DNA of 44,049 bases, filler included, from Catajapyx aquilonaris (Eukaryota), in assembly GCA_000934665.2 (NCBI GenBank). It is 2 parts of 2 records of this genome, joined end to end, with 100 filler letters (N's around TTAATTAATTAA, not from the genome) between each part and the next. Parts side by side here need not be neighbours in the genome. Positions count along the whole stretch, not along the records: positions 1 to 21,975 come from JYFJ02005937.1; 1 more part is not named here. One strand, written 5' to 3'. Below, one piece after another: positions 1 to 10,613 of this stretch; the stretch's first letter is position 1; every line of letters begins with the position of its first letter. The position numbers and the translations under genes are program-made. The notes below the pieces were generated by a model that was not told the origin of the DNA, did not search any database, and saw nothing but the letters and a program-made list of their open reading frames with translations.

Positions 1-97
1 ATGGACGGGGGCCAATGGGAGGAGGTGGCGGCGACAATACGGGGGCGGACCAATCAGAGGGCTCGGCGGCCGTCCGCAAGCATTTTAATATTATAGA
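1..97 (-). mobile_element. Probable 5' end of a non-autonomous Helitron (continues beyond window start)
   Basis: Reverse complement begins A|TCTATAATATTAAAATG, the typical Helitron 5' TC plus AT-rich start. A GC-rich interior ends abruptly here. Confidence 0.4.
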
Positions 98-536
98 TGG
101 GAACATAAGAGTTGCAAGTACTGCTAGATCGTCTGAATGTTTCTGAAGAGTTTCTCATCCTAATTTGAGGTGGCTTGCTTCCTCACCTGATAGGGTACAC
201 GTGCAACTTGGCTATATCTAGATACGTATAATGATCCCGCAAAACTTCACGTTCTTCTCTACATTTCAAGTACAATATATTCTGAATGACTTCAATTCCT
301 CTGGAGGAATTATGTGTGAATGAGAGACTTTTTTTTCTCTCTCTCTTCGAGCATGTATACAATGGGAATGTATGTTAGGCCACATTTTTATCAAAGTTTC
401 ACTTGTCAGTTTGACATAATTATATATAATGATACGCTCATCCTGTAATATAACAATGTACTGATGACTCGATGGGAGTTTGGTGCTGCCAATTCTGTTA
501 TGAAGATATGTGAAATGTGGATAAAGCTTCGTCAAA

Positions 537-850
537 CTGTCTGTCTTTCTGTGTGTCCGCCCACCAATGCCATCTGTGGTCCTGCTACTCCAACACCTTC
601 AACCTCTCCCGCCTGTATAACAGCAACCGTCATTTGCTTGCCATCTGTGGTCCTGCTACTCCAACACCTTCAACCTCTCCCGCCTGTATAACGGCAACCG
701 TCATTTGCCTGCCATCTGTAGTCAACCTCCAACACCTCCATCCTCTCCCGGCCTGGGGGTGGAGCGCAGATGGCAGGCAAATGACGGTTGGCAGGCGGAC
801 AGACAGACAGAAAGACTCACAATTTGAATCACTTAAGCCCACCATAATTG
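537..850. repeat. 71-bp tandem repeat (about 2.6 units) with flanking GTCT/AGAC microsatellites; DINE-1/Helentron-associated-like element
   Basis: Units start at 568, 639 and 710 (TGCCATCTGTGGTCCTGCTACTCCAACACC...). An inverted partial unit lies at 768-791. GTCT-type (537-559) and AGAC-type (796-816) microsatellites face in opposite orientation. Family assignment is inference. Confidence 0.55.
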
Positions 851-2362
851 TAATTTTTAACGGCTCCATCAGCATATTTCAGCGGAAAAATTGTCTAATT
901 AACTCGTTACCATTTCAAATCCCCCCGCTCATTCTCCTTACATTACACCACTTGAAACGCAGATGTCGCCACCTGCCTCCTCATCTTGTAATATATAGTC
1001 ATTGGTCGGAAGCCATTTGCTTTTTTTATACTTGTAGAACATTCCATCATCAAAAGTCTTCGCCTCTCCTTCCCTCTCTGCCCCACGGGCCTGACCAGGG
1101 GCCCTAGAGAGGCAGCTAGCCTCCCAGGTTGGTAGTTTTCTGCTTGAGTTTCACTTACGGCTTGGTAGCTTCAGTCTCTATGGGCCAACTGATCCCGTAT
1201 GGTCATGCAATTACTTTAATCACTTCATCAGCACATTTCAGAGCAATCATGACATATTATAATCGAGTAGACCCAAATATATTGATTGTGTCTCCTATGT
1301 GGACAGTAAGAAATGTAATTATAGGGACTTATTATTACATAAGAGGTTTGGACTGAGGGAAAAGGTGACAACAGTCATCGGAAAGGACCTGTATTATAAA
1401 TAGCCTCAAACTTGTCCGAGAAGTAGTGTACCGTCAAGTGCAAGCCATTATTTGCTGCTTTATCAGCGAAATCAGTTCAGACACTATGATGCCTATATCA
1501 ATTATTATTTTGTGAATTGGTAAGGCAGCAATTAGTTATTACGAAACGATTGCTGCTAAAGCGATATTGTATTACTGATATTCTGGATTAATGGTAGAAA
1601 GCTCATGGCCTTCTCTTGTTCAGTGTTCATATTGGCGGTGGGATTGTTGAAATGCAATGGCTGCATATGCGCCCTCACCTCAAGCAGGTTTGCGTCTGGG
1701 CATCTGGCAGTGTACAAGCCACATTTATATTAGTTTCATATACTTACTGTAAATACACGTTTGACGTACTGAATACCTGTATACCATATTCACTCATCTA
1801 GGGGAAAAAATTTTGTGTCTTATTTATATGCTTCAAATAATCCGCTCCTGTAAGCAAATTATGACGAGGTCTGCCGTGCCATGCTGCTATGGGTAATATT
1901 TTAAAGCCTGCGCCTTCTTCGACTATCGATCACATCTGAACGCACCTCTCCTCATTATGCAGCACCAACTACGCACGAAATTTCATATTTGCAATTAATT
2001 ATTAAGCAATTAAATCTAATGAATCCGCATGCGATTGAGGATTCTAACGATTATTGTATCACCAACTGTTCAGTACACAAATAAAACATAGAACATAGAA
2101 TGTTTTCAAAATGTGCACTGCACAAGAAGCAATATTTGGCTCTGTCGTTCTCGCTCAAGTCTGTTCGGCCACAGGCTTGCATCCACTTAGCACGCCTGCA
2201 ATATTACGTACATAGCATGACTTTACGATAATTACATACATCCTGTTCCAGGGGTAGAATTTTATAATTTTTGCAAAGTTTGCGCTCCAGATTTTAATAC
2301 GGTCCCAGAGTGCAAGGCGCTCACTTGGAGTGCTTAATTTTTGATTGCTGGGTATATCCATA

Positions 2363-2487
2363 TTTAAAAGTAGAGCCAATTGGAGTGCCAACTTTGCACT
2401 CCAAGGCTCAGTTTAGAGTGCAGAGGACAATTTAGGAGTGCAAATTGCACTTTTGCATCCGAATATTTCCGAATATTTCGACCCCTA
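2363..2487 (-). mobile_element. DNA-transposon end fragment (hAT-like YAGGGGTC terminus); second copy at 26437-26545
   Basis: Reverse complement aligns with 26437-26545 (GTGCAATTTGCACTCC.AAATTGT..TCTGCACTC.AAAC.GAGCCTT). Confidence 0.55.
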
Positions 2488-2639
2488 AGCCATAACACTG
2501 TGCCTCCTCGTCGACATGGACTCACACTTACCTGACAGGGTCTTTTGGGAATGAAAAAAAAAAGTAAGGCCTTTGTTCCTTCCATTATTGTTGGAACAAT
2601 TCATGACAGAACACCAGCGAGTTCCCACATGCTTTAGCA

Positions 2640-2930
2640 CAGTTGTGTCCGCCATTGTTTCACCCTTGGTTCACCACTTCACCAAATAGGTTGCTCTAGT
2701 ACCTTACTCCGCGCTAACTAAGGGAAAATCAAGGTAATTATGCAACTATCTTCCTTTTTTAATTGAATTTCGCATGTTTACTTACCCATTCCAATATCGA
2801 ATTCAAATTCTCTTCCCGCGTGTTCTTGCCGTGTAGTTGCCATGGCTGCCAAAACCATCAAAGATGGCGGATTGCCTGTACCCTATTTATACCTCGTTGG
2901 CATACCACACACGTCAAGATGGCCGCCGGC
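2640..2930 (+). promoter_or_regulatory. Putative promoter/5' UTR region of the Tudor gene with YY1/Pho-like motifs
   Basis: CCGCCATTGTT (2649), AAGATGGCGG (2861) and CAAGATGGCCGCC (2915). A candidate 5' UTR exon donor AAG|GTAATT at 2733/2734 could splice to the acceptor at 3369. Confidence 0.35.
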
Positions 2931-2994
2931 CTTGGCAACGCCCTATAAGCAGAGAGACGCGAACAACAAAGGCGCCGACAGAAGTTTGCGCCTC

Positions 2995-3126
2995 TTATGT
3001 AGTATATGCTCCCTGGTAGTATGGAGACATACCGTGAGAACTGGAGATATGTTGATTCATTTATGTAGTATATGCTCCCTGGTAGTATGGAGACATACCG
3101 TGAGAACTGGAGATATGTTGATTCAT
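2995..3126. repeat. Perfect 66-bp tandem duplication
   Basis: 2995-3060 is identical to 3061-3126. Confidence 0.95.
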
Positions 3127-3370
3127 TTTGGTGACAGCAAATGCTGATGACACGAATATATTCTCCCCATTTGCAGTACCGAAAATGCCCTGTCCAGCTG
3201 CGGAAATCCTTGCCACTGCAACATGCCAGTGAGAACTTTCAGTATGATGCAGCATAAGGTCCTGGGAATGCAATGATATTGTGAATGTGAACTTGCATGT
3301 TCCTGAGAAAAGCAGGGTGCTCAAAATTTGTAAGGATGGTGTGTTATGGTTTTTTTTTTTTCTTTCCAGG

Positions 3371-3424
3371 ATGTCAGACAACACCGCCTTGTACATTCAG
3401 GGGTTACCTCCCTCCATGACTGAC
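3371..3424 (+). CDS. vret: Tudor gene exon 1 (MSDNTALYIQGLPPSMTD; RRM RNP2)
   Basis: Long polypyrimidine acceptor ending TTTCCAG at 3369, ATG at 3371, GTAAGT donor at 3425, phase 0. Missed by the ORF track. Confidence 0.85.
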
Positions 3425-6400
3425 GTAAGTACTAATTTCACGAGGGCCGTACCAAAATGACGAACAATTTACATGCAGGTTAGCAAGTAGGCACACACTA
3501 TCGCCCCTACTGTACCGTGCTGGACATTAATGGACCTTGTTGGTCCATAGCTTCTTGCTGATGTTTAAAAAGCCACCAATTTGCCTGAAAACGCTTGATC
3601 TCGCATGCTTGGGTACACTGTTTCTCAAAGTTATATATTGACAGCACACCATTGCACTCCATGGCACATTTTCATTCCCCACTAAAACCTCAGTAGGCCT
3701 ACTTTAAAACTGGATCACTTGAAGCCCAGTATTTGGCTGCATACCAAAACTTGATAACTTTTGTTTTATTAAGTAATTCCATGCTGGCTTGGCAATTTGT
3801 ACCATATTCTGACATGATTTCTCATGATTCTGTGGGAACTTGCAGCTATGGGTGGACATAACTAGCTTTGATATGATTGTGTAGATTGACTTCAGGAGCC
3901 AAGCAGTTCCTAATAATTATGATGCTGACACCACTGCACTGTGTTGTAATCAGGGTTGTGAACCGAACCGAACCCTTGCTCCGTGAACCCGATAACATCG
4001 AACCCGCTCCGGAGCGAGCGTCAGAATGGGGTACGGGTTCAAGCCAGTTCAGGGGAAGAGTGGAGTGAAGGTCGGAGCTGGTTCGGAGCGAACGGCTCCG
4101 GAGTTGAACCCGGTTCAGGAGCGGGGTTCGGAGTGGTTCGGAGTGGTTCAAAGCTTGGTTAGGTACAACATACCAACCCAACAGTGGGAAAGGCAGCAAA
4201 ACCGCTGGATTTACTCCAGAGTATGCATCATGTTTTCATGGTGGGAGAATGACATTTCCAAGCACCCGCGATACAGGGTGTACCGTAAATGTCACATTCT
4301 CATGTCATGCGCATTTTTGTATGTTATAATATGTCATGCGCATTTTTGTATGCTACAATATGTCATACGCATTTTTGAATGCCTCAATATCCCATACCCA
4401 TTTTTTGGATGTCACATTCTCATGTCATATGCATTTTTTGTATGTTACAATAATATGATATTGTAACATACAAAAATGCGTATGACATTGTAGCATACAA
4501 AAATGTGTGACATGAAAATGTGACATTTGCGGTACACCCTGTATCGCGGGTGCTTAGAAATGTCATTCTCCCACCATGAAAGCATGATGCATACTCTGGA
4601 GTAAATCTAGCGGTTTTGCTGCCTTTGCCCCTGTTGGGTTGGTATGTTGTACCTAACCAAGCTTTGAACCGCTCCGGAGCCGTTCGCTCCGAACCAGCTC
4701 CGACCTTCAATCCACTCTTCCCCTGAACCGCCTTGAACCCGAACCCCGTTCCGCCGCTCGCTCAGGACTCGCTCCGACCTTGGCTCCACTCAACTCCGGA
4801 ACCGCCTTGAACCCGTACCCCGTTTCGCCGCTCGCTCCAGACTCCGGCTCTACTGCTCCGGAGCGAGTTCGATGTTATCGGGTTCACGGAGCAAGGGTTC
4901 GGTTCGGTTCACAACCCTGGTTGTAATTGAAATGTCCAGAGTGGTTAGCAATTTATTGGCAATAAGCTGCTTACAATTGAGGAGTTACTTTTAGAGGATG
5001 AAATACTATTCTCTGGTGACATTTTGTTAAAAGGCAGCCATTTCAGCATAGGTAAATATAAAGATGTCCTTGAGACTGATATCTGGATTTGTCAAATGTT
5101 ACATCTCGGCGAAGACTTTGTTCGTCAAATCGCTCGCATGTAAACGCGGCTTAAGACTTACCAAGAGTTGCAGAAATGAATTATGTGGATGTGGAGTGGG
5201 AGACAGAGGGTACAGAGCAATGACTGTCAAGTTTTGCTTTCTTACAGGAGGACATAACCAACCTCATTGAGGAGGTAACCTTGCATCGACCACATAGAAC
5301 TTGTGTCGATCCATACCAGCAATTGTGGGCCATCGCCATATTCAGTACCACTGAAGATGCGCAAAAAGCACTTGAAAAGCTGAGTGGATACCGGTGCACG
5401 GAGTCTTCCGTGCCTCTTAGAGTAAACTTTAAGAGACAAAAGCGTCAGGGCAGCTATGACAAAGGACCGAATGCAGAACAGAGGGAGCAATCTGGCCAGC
5501 CATCACAATATAGGCAAAGCTACAACCAGGGTCCAAGCAACAGGACTAGATCCCGCAGCGTAGGGAGAGGCCCCATGAATGATGAAGCCTGTGAAAGAGA
5601 TGCACGAGGAAGGTCTGTTACGTCCATGAGCGACAGCAGGGGCCCGAGAATCACCCGGGAGCCATCACAGTATAGGAGGCAGAGCTACAACCAGGGTCCA
5701 GGCAACAGGGTGAGGTCCCGCAGCTTAGGGGCAGGCCTCATGAAGGATGAGGACGCCGGTGAAAGAGATGCACGAAGAAGGTCTGTCCAGTCCATGAGGG
5801 ACGGTAAGGAGATGCCTGATCTGCACATCCCAACCATGCTGTGCTTGAAATGTGGTGGAGATGCCCATTCTGTTTGCTCTGCTTGGAGGGTGTGCCAGGG
5901 CTGGTACTGCAATAAACGGTGCCAGCAGGAACACTGGAAGATCCACCGGCAAACTTGCCCTGCCCAGTAAGTCACTCTTTGGACATACGTTTTCAAAACT
6001 TACATTTGAAAGGTTTGCAACAATGGGACTGACTTGCTGAAGTGGTTACTGTTACCTGCCAGTAATTGCAACAGACAATTCAATGTTGGATGTGACTACT
6101 TCTGCTGTCTTCATCATATGATTGGATTCAATCATATGATGAAGCCAGCAGAAGTAGTCACATGCAGTCCCCTCCTCAAAGCAGTCCAAGGGAGCAGATG
6201 GGATGGAGCCCAAGAGGTCATCGCAGCTTCAACAAGAGGGACAGTGCTTCTAACCTCAGCATGCGCAATATGGAGAAAGATCAAGAAAGCCAGACTGTGC
6301 ACAAGAGCTTCAATCATGTCCGGAAGCCCTACCAACATGATGATTGTGAAGGGGGAAGAGATTCGCACCGACAGAGGGATGGTGAAGGGATGTTCAGAGG

Positions 6401-9164
6401 CAGTAGGCGGGGACAGAGCTGTGGCAGAGGCCACTTTCAACGTGGTGGGAATCAGCGTCAGGATGGCAACGACCGGAGGGATGGAAACTGTGAGATGGCA
6501 GACACCCGAGGCTTCCGGGATGGGAATGAACGTCAGATAAACTTAAACGGCAAACCTATGGGTTGTAGAGGTGGGCCTAACAAATATGGTAGCTGCAGGC
6601 CAAACAAATCAGAAGGATTTGATCAAGAAGACTACAACAGTGCTGCAGCAGAAGGATGTGACCAGCAGGTACCCAAGCCTTCCCCGTCACCTGAGCAAAA
6701 GCCTGCAGCTTCTCTCAAGCCCTCGCTACCTATTCCAAGGAAGATTTCATATCCTGCTCAAGGGACCTACCTCTCAGAAGTGAAGCCTGGTGATATGTTC
6801 AATGTGCTTCTGTCAGAAAAGCCTGCCAGTGCCAGCTTTATGGCTATGATCAATCCATCAGAGGAGGTTGCCAATGCCATTATTGATATAGAAGGGTTGC
6901 CACACGATTTATGCAAGCAACAGCCGCAGCCCGGAGAAGTGGTGTTTGCAAAGTCACAGGTGTTCGGCTGGAATCGCGCCCTTGTCACGTCATCAGGGAA
7001 GCTCCTTAATGTGATATACATTGACTACTGCAATGAGGAGGAGGAGGTGGAAGTGGTAGCTGACTTGCCTAAAAAGTACCAGAACATACCAGGGCTTGGA
7101 GTTGAGTGCATCGTACAAGGAGAAGCCCCATGGTTAACGGCTGGGTTGATTGGCATCAAGGTGACGCAGATTGAAGGGCCAAAGGTCAAGTGTGTCCTGA
7201 GTAAGGGGGGCTATGAAGTGAATGCTACGTTGACCCCATGTACTGGATTGGTGGGATCCACACAACCACCTACAAAGGGGTCACCTGCAAACCCAGGTGC
7301 TGAAGGAGCATCCCACAGACCCAGCACCATGTTGATGAAAACCGGAGACAAGGTTCGGGTCACCTGCTTTGAGGGTGCTAACACAGTGTACCTTGTTAAG
7401 GAGTCTGCCTGGGAACAGTTGGAAGATCTTAATGATAAGATCAATTCATACGTTTGCGAAGGTTAGTATTTCTGCATTGTAATTGCCTGTATAATACATG
7501 GACATCCCTTTGTTAATATGCTGATCTCATGGTTCTTTAGCTAAAGGAGCTGCTGCTGTGACGGAGGTACCAGAAGTGGAAGATATAGTAGCCTGCAAAG
7601 TAGGAGGGGAAGGGTACTGTCGTGGTGCAGTCAAATCTGTGTTGCATGGTGGCAAGGAGATGGAAGTGAGGCTGATTGACACAGGCAGGCGCATGGCCAC
7701 GTCAATGTCCAAGCTGGCTAATCTGCCGCAGCAGTTTATGAAGACTCCACCCTTTGCGGAGCTGGTTCGCCTCCATAATGTGCCTCCTGCTCTCAACAAG
7801 GAGAACAGATTCGAGCTCATGTACAAGGACAAAGTGCTGCTGTGTGAGGTGGACGCATTGGTGCCCCTGTCTGTCACACTTTATGATGCTGCTGGGAAGA
7901 GCCTTAACAAGCAGATTTCAGCTGAAGCCCAGCAGAAGACTGACGAAAGCTCCATTCCAGAAAGTAAGTGAAAAATGCTGTACATTTGTCATGTTTCTAT
8001 GGGCAGGTGCCACCCTTGAGTCAGGATGGCAACATCAAGTATTATTCCGTGCAGAAAATAATCAAACTTTTTTTTGTCAAACACCATATGAATAATTATT
8101 TAAGTGTAAAAATCAATGCATGTGATTTATTTCAGTAATTTGTGCAATTCAGCACTGGGATTAATTGTGTAAATTAATCGATGTTTTCATTCTCCATGGG
8201 AAAATTTTAATATTCCGCATAAGCCTTTTAATTTTTCGCATTTTGTTGGAGTCATTGCTTACACTGCTAATTTTTTTCCCCTTTGTTTTTACTTCAGACT
8301 GCACGAAGAAGCCCATGTTAAGTGATTGCCCATCGCTCCAATTGACTGTAGGCAAGACTGTAGCCTTGACTTTCGCAGTGGTTGACAATCCGACACAGCT
8401 GGTTCCCTTACCCTCGAATGCAGAGGACGTGAAAGTGTTGGAGGAGCTGGTGAAGCACCTCGAGGCATACAGGGTGGCCTTCTTTGACAAGACACCACCC
8501 TACACCCCCATGGAAGGGGAACTCTGCCTTTATTTGGCCCAAGACGAGTGTCTTTACAGAGGTGTCTGCCTGACTCATGAGCCATCTAAGTCTACCTACA
8601 GCATCCTGTCCATTGACTTTGGTGGCACTGAAGATGTTGTGGTGCAAAAGATCAGGACAATGAACCCTGACTTGATGATAGTTCCGTGTGGTGCAATGTG
8701 TGCACTCAATGGTAGGTTGTAGTATTAATGTTTTGCATGTGTGTAAGTCACTAGTTTTTGTTTCAATTGTGGATTCTGCACCCGAATGTGTCTTTCAAAT
8801 GATAACCGACCAAGGTCGTAGCAAGTTGCCTTAAGCTCTGTAAAGTTAGCTTGTCATGCTTTTAATTTTGGAATCATAGTTATTATAAACAATTATGTTA
8901 GAAAAGAGATGTGTACGTGATTGACTATTGTTGTGTTTTACAGGTTTTCAGGATGTGGAGCCAAATTATTCCCCAAGTCCTGACCTCATCAAGTTCCTTA
9001 CCAAAACATTAACTTCGCCGTCACCGGAATGTCCTCTGGAGTTTACTGTGAAAGACATTTTGAATCATGTGTACATCATTGACCTCCCAGGTCTGCAGGG
9101 TGATCTGAAGAAAATGGGGCTCCTGCCGCCCAGGAAGACGAGTGGCAAAGGCACAAGTGGATAG
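3371..9164 (+). CDS. vret: Vreteno/Veneno-like piRNA-pathway protein (RRM + MYND zinc finger + three extended Tudor domains), about 1045 aa, six coding exons
   Basis: join(3371-3424, 5248-5966, ~6149-7461, 7541-7963, 8298-8711, 8944-9164). GT-AG introns are phase-consistent; only the exon 3 acceptor is uncertain. RNP2 LYIQGLP, RRM end (EDAQKALEKLSGY...PLRVNF), MYND YCNKRCQQEHWKIHRQTC, Tudor cores WNRALV..YIDYCN, YCRGAV..LIDTG and LYRGVC..SIDFG. Orthology is inferred from domain order. Confidence 0.8.
3951..4919. mobile_element. hAT-superfamily foldback MITE in coding intron 1
   Basis: TIR CAGGGTTGTGAACCGAACCGAACCCTTGCTCCGTGAACCCGATAACATCGAAC. Perfect 8-bp TSD GTTGTAAT (3943-3950, 4920-4927). 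Arms 3951-4271 and 4544-4919 are largely reverse-complementary. Confidence 0.92.
4274..4541. mobile_element. Tc1/mariner-type MITE nested in the hAT MITE
   Basis: TA|CAGGGTGTACCG.AAATGTCACATT ... AATGTGACATTTGCGGTACACCCTG|TA. Internal ~29-bp subrepeats (ATGTCATGCGCATTTTTGTATGTTATAAT). Absent from the sister element at 10614. Confidence 0.8.
5248..5966 (+). CDS. vret: Tudor gene exon 2 (rest of RRM, duplicated R/S-rich linker, MYND finger)
   Basis: Acceptor TTTCTTACAG at 5247, in frame with ORF 5281-5970. Donor CA|GTAAGT at 5967. Confidence 0.85.
6149..7461 (+). CDS. vret: Tudor gene exon 3 (RG-rich disordered region, Tudor 1, start of Tudor 2)
   Basis: ORF 6162-7466; donor G|GTTAGT at 7462. 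The acceptor must follow the in-frame TGA at 6093. Phase-compatible AGs end at 6148, 6151, 6154 and 6157. Confidence 0.8.
7541..7963 (+). CDS. vret: Tudor gene exon 4 (Tudor 2)
   Basis: Acceptor TTCTTTAG at 7540, donor A|GTAAGT at 7964, phase 1-1. Confidence 0.85.
8298..8711 (+). CDS. vret: Tudor gene exon 5 (Tudor 3)
   Basis: Acceptor TTTTACTTCAG at 8297, donor G|GTAGGT at 8712. Encodes PMEGELCLYLAQDECLYRGVC...SIDFGGTEDV. Confidence 0.85.
8944..9164 (+). CDS. vret: Tudor gene exon 6 (terminal)
   Basis: Acceptor TGTTTTACAG at 8943, TAG stop at 9162-9164, possible ATTAAA poly(A) signal at 9409. Confidence 0.8.
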
Positions 9165-9859
9165 CGAAGCTGGATGAGATGGGGGTCAGTGTTGACGAGG
9201 CCAATGGGGCTAATATTCTGGAGCAGTTTAGTTAGTGTAGTTTAGAGTTATGATTTATGCAACAACCAGTTGGTTGCTGCAGATAATGTTATGGTTTCAC
9301 AGATTATTGAAGATGTGTCCTGGGGCTGATTGCTGGCATTAATATATGTTCAAATGTTTTATGTTTTTTTTCTCTGTACCTGCAGACCACTTTTTGTGTA
9401 GGTTGATAATTAAAACCAGCTGTTTAAATAACAACTTATTTTAGCCTGCAGGACATAAGTTATGTGTAAACAGTTATCTGGCATTTCACATGCGAAGATG
9501 CTTCCCATCACAGATGCACCTTATGTTTTGTTGCCTTTTAAGGCCCTAGCCGTAATATGTTGCTCAGATATATTTGCGTGTACTCCATATGATGCATGTT
9601 GCAAGTTACCCCAGTAAATGCAAGGAAGGTGGAAGAGACCATTTGTGATGTTTGGCTTTTTGCTTTGTCAATTTCCCAATCGCAGGATTTACTCGTTGGT
9701 GACACATACTTTTCAGCCTAATTCATGACCTGATGGTATTTTTCTTGTGGTCTTACAAGCCGGTTTGCGTATGTACAGACCTTATTTAACCAAGCAATGA
9801 GTCAGAAAGGACGTTCATATAATACTTTTGCTCAATCTCGTCTTGGTCTGTGGTTTCTG

Positions 9860-10100
9860 GGTCAGTTTTTCCTCGTGCTGGAATCATCCTCATTCTACTT
9901 TGTAAGGTAGTTATTACAATATGCACAATGCTCCAAAAGCAATAGGTATTCGTGCGAACATAACTTGAACCTTTTTGCCCGCATACAATGCACCTCCTGT
10001 TGCAAAAATATGCACTGCCTCTGACACAGGCTGAGTCCAGCAATATGTAGTGGGAAACAAATGAAATTATGGTGCTGGTTGTAACATATGCACGCTTAAT
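9860..10100 (-). pseudogene. Possible degenerate transposase Cys-rich C-terminus (piggyBac-like)
   Basis: RRCIVCGQKG..RTNTYC resembles the piggyBac C-terminal Cys-rich motif. No DDD core recognised. Confidence 0.25.
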
Positions 10101-10613
10101 CAGTATTAACAATATTAGTGACTGTGACAGACAAGCTGTAATATTGTCTGAATCAGGAATGTCATTTTCTCCGGGGAATCCTTGTAAGAAATTGCGCATT
10201 ACTTGCAGCATAATATTGTGTAGCACCTTGACACACGTGTTGTAGATTCCTACTGGATCAGGATATTTTCGCTGTGGGATATAAATCCTGGCTGTTCGAT
10301 TATGGTGTAACATAAGTACGATTATTATATGTGAGCAGCTGTTTAGGCGAGGTGAAATAATCCACCATCAATTTCCTGCGGTACCGTACTTTTTGTGTAA
10401 CATCCTTGGGGTGAGAGATGCTCTTTATTACCGTCTTCTGCGACTTTCCTTCAGCACCAGTCTGCAGTTCAGAATCATCCTGTTGCGCAGTCGGAGCAAG
10501 TTGTATTGTTAAGCGAAAGTTTTGTACCTGTACAGTATGTTACTTTACATTCATGTACTTTTAATGACATTTCAGAGGTGGCCCGCAGCCCGTCCACCCC
10601 CGTATTTATTATA

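Noticed and set aside
517..1107. 196-aa ORF and overlapping ORFs
   Set aside because: They arise from the 71-bp tandem repeat and show no recognisable domain.
2864..3019. ATG in AAGATGGCGG as the Tudor gene start
   Set aside because: No strong donor follows, the motif fits a YY1-type site, and the ATG at 3371 directly precedes the RRM. It cannot be fully excluded.
3846..4789. ORFs within the hAT MITEs (also 10475-11378)
   Set aside because: GC-rich palindromic repeats give mirrored ORFs with no transposase motifs.
6034..6540. 168-aa overlapping ORF
   Set aside because: Alternative frame of Tudor gene exon 3 with no independent homology; considered only as a possible mis-splicing product.
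9630..9690. Possible SR-gene RRM exon (DVW..FA-like)
   Set aside because: The motif is incomplete and frame-inconsistent, with no matching splice sites.
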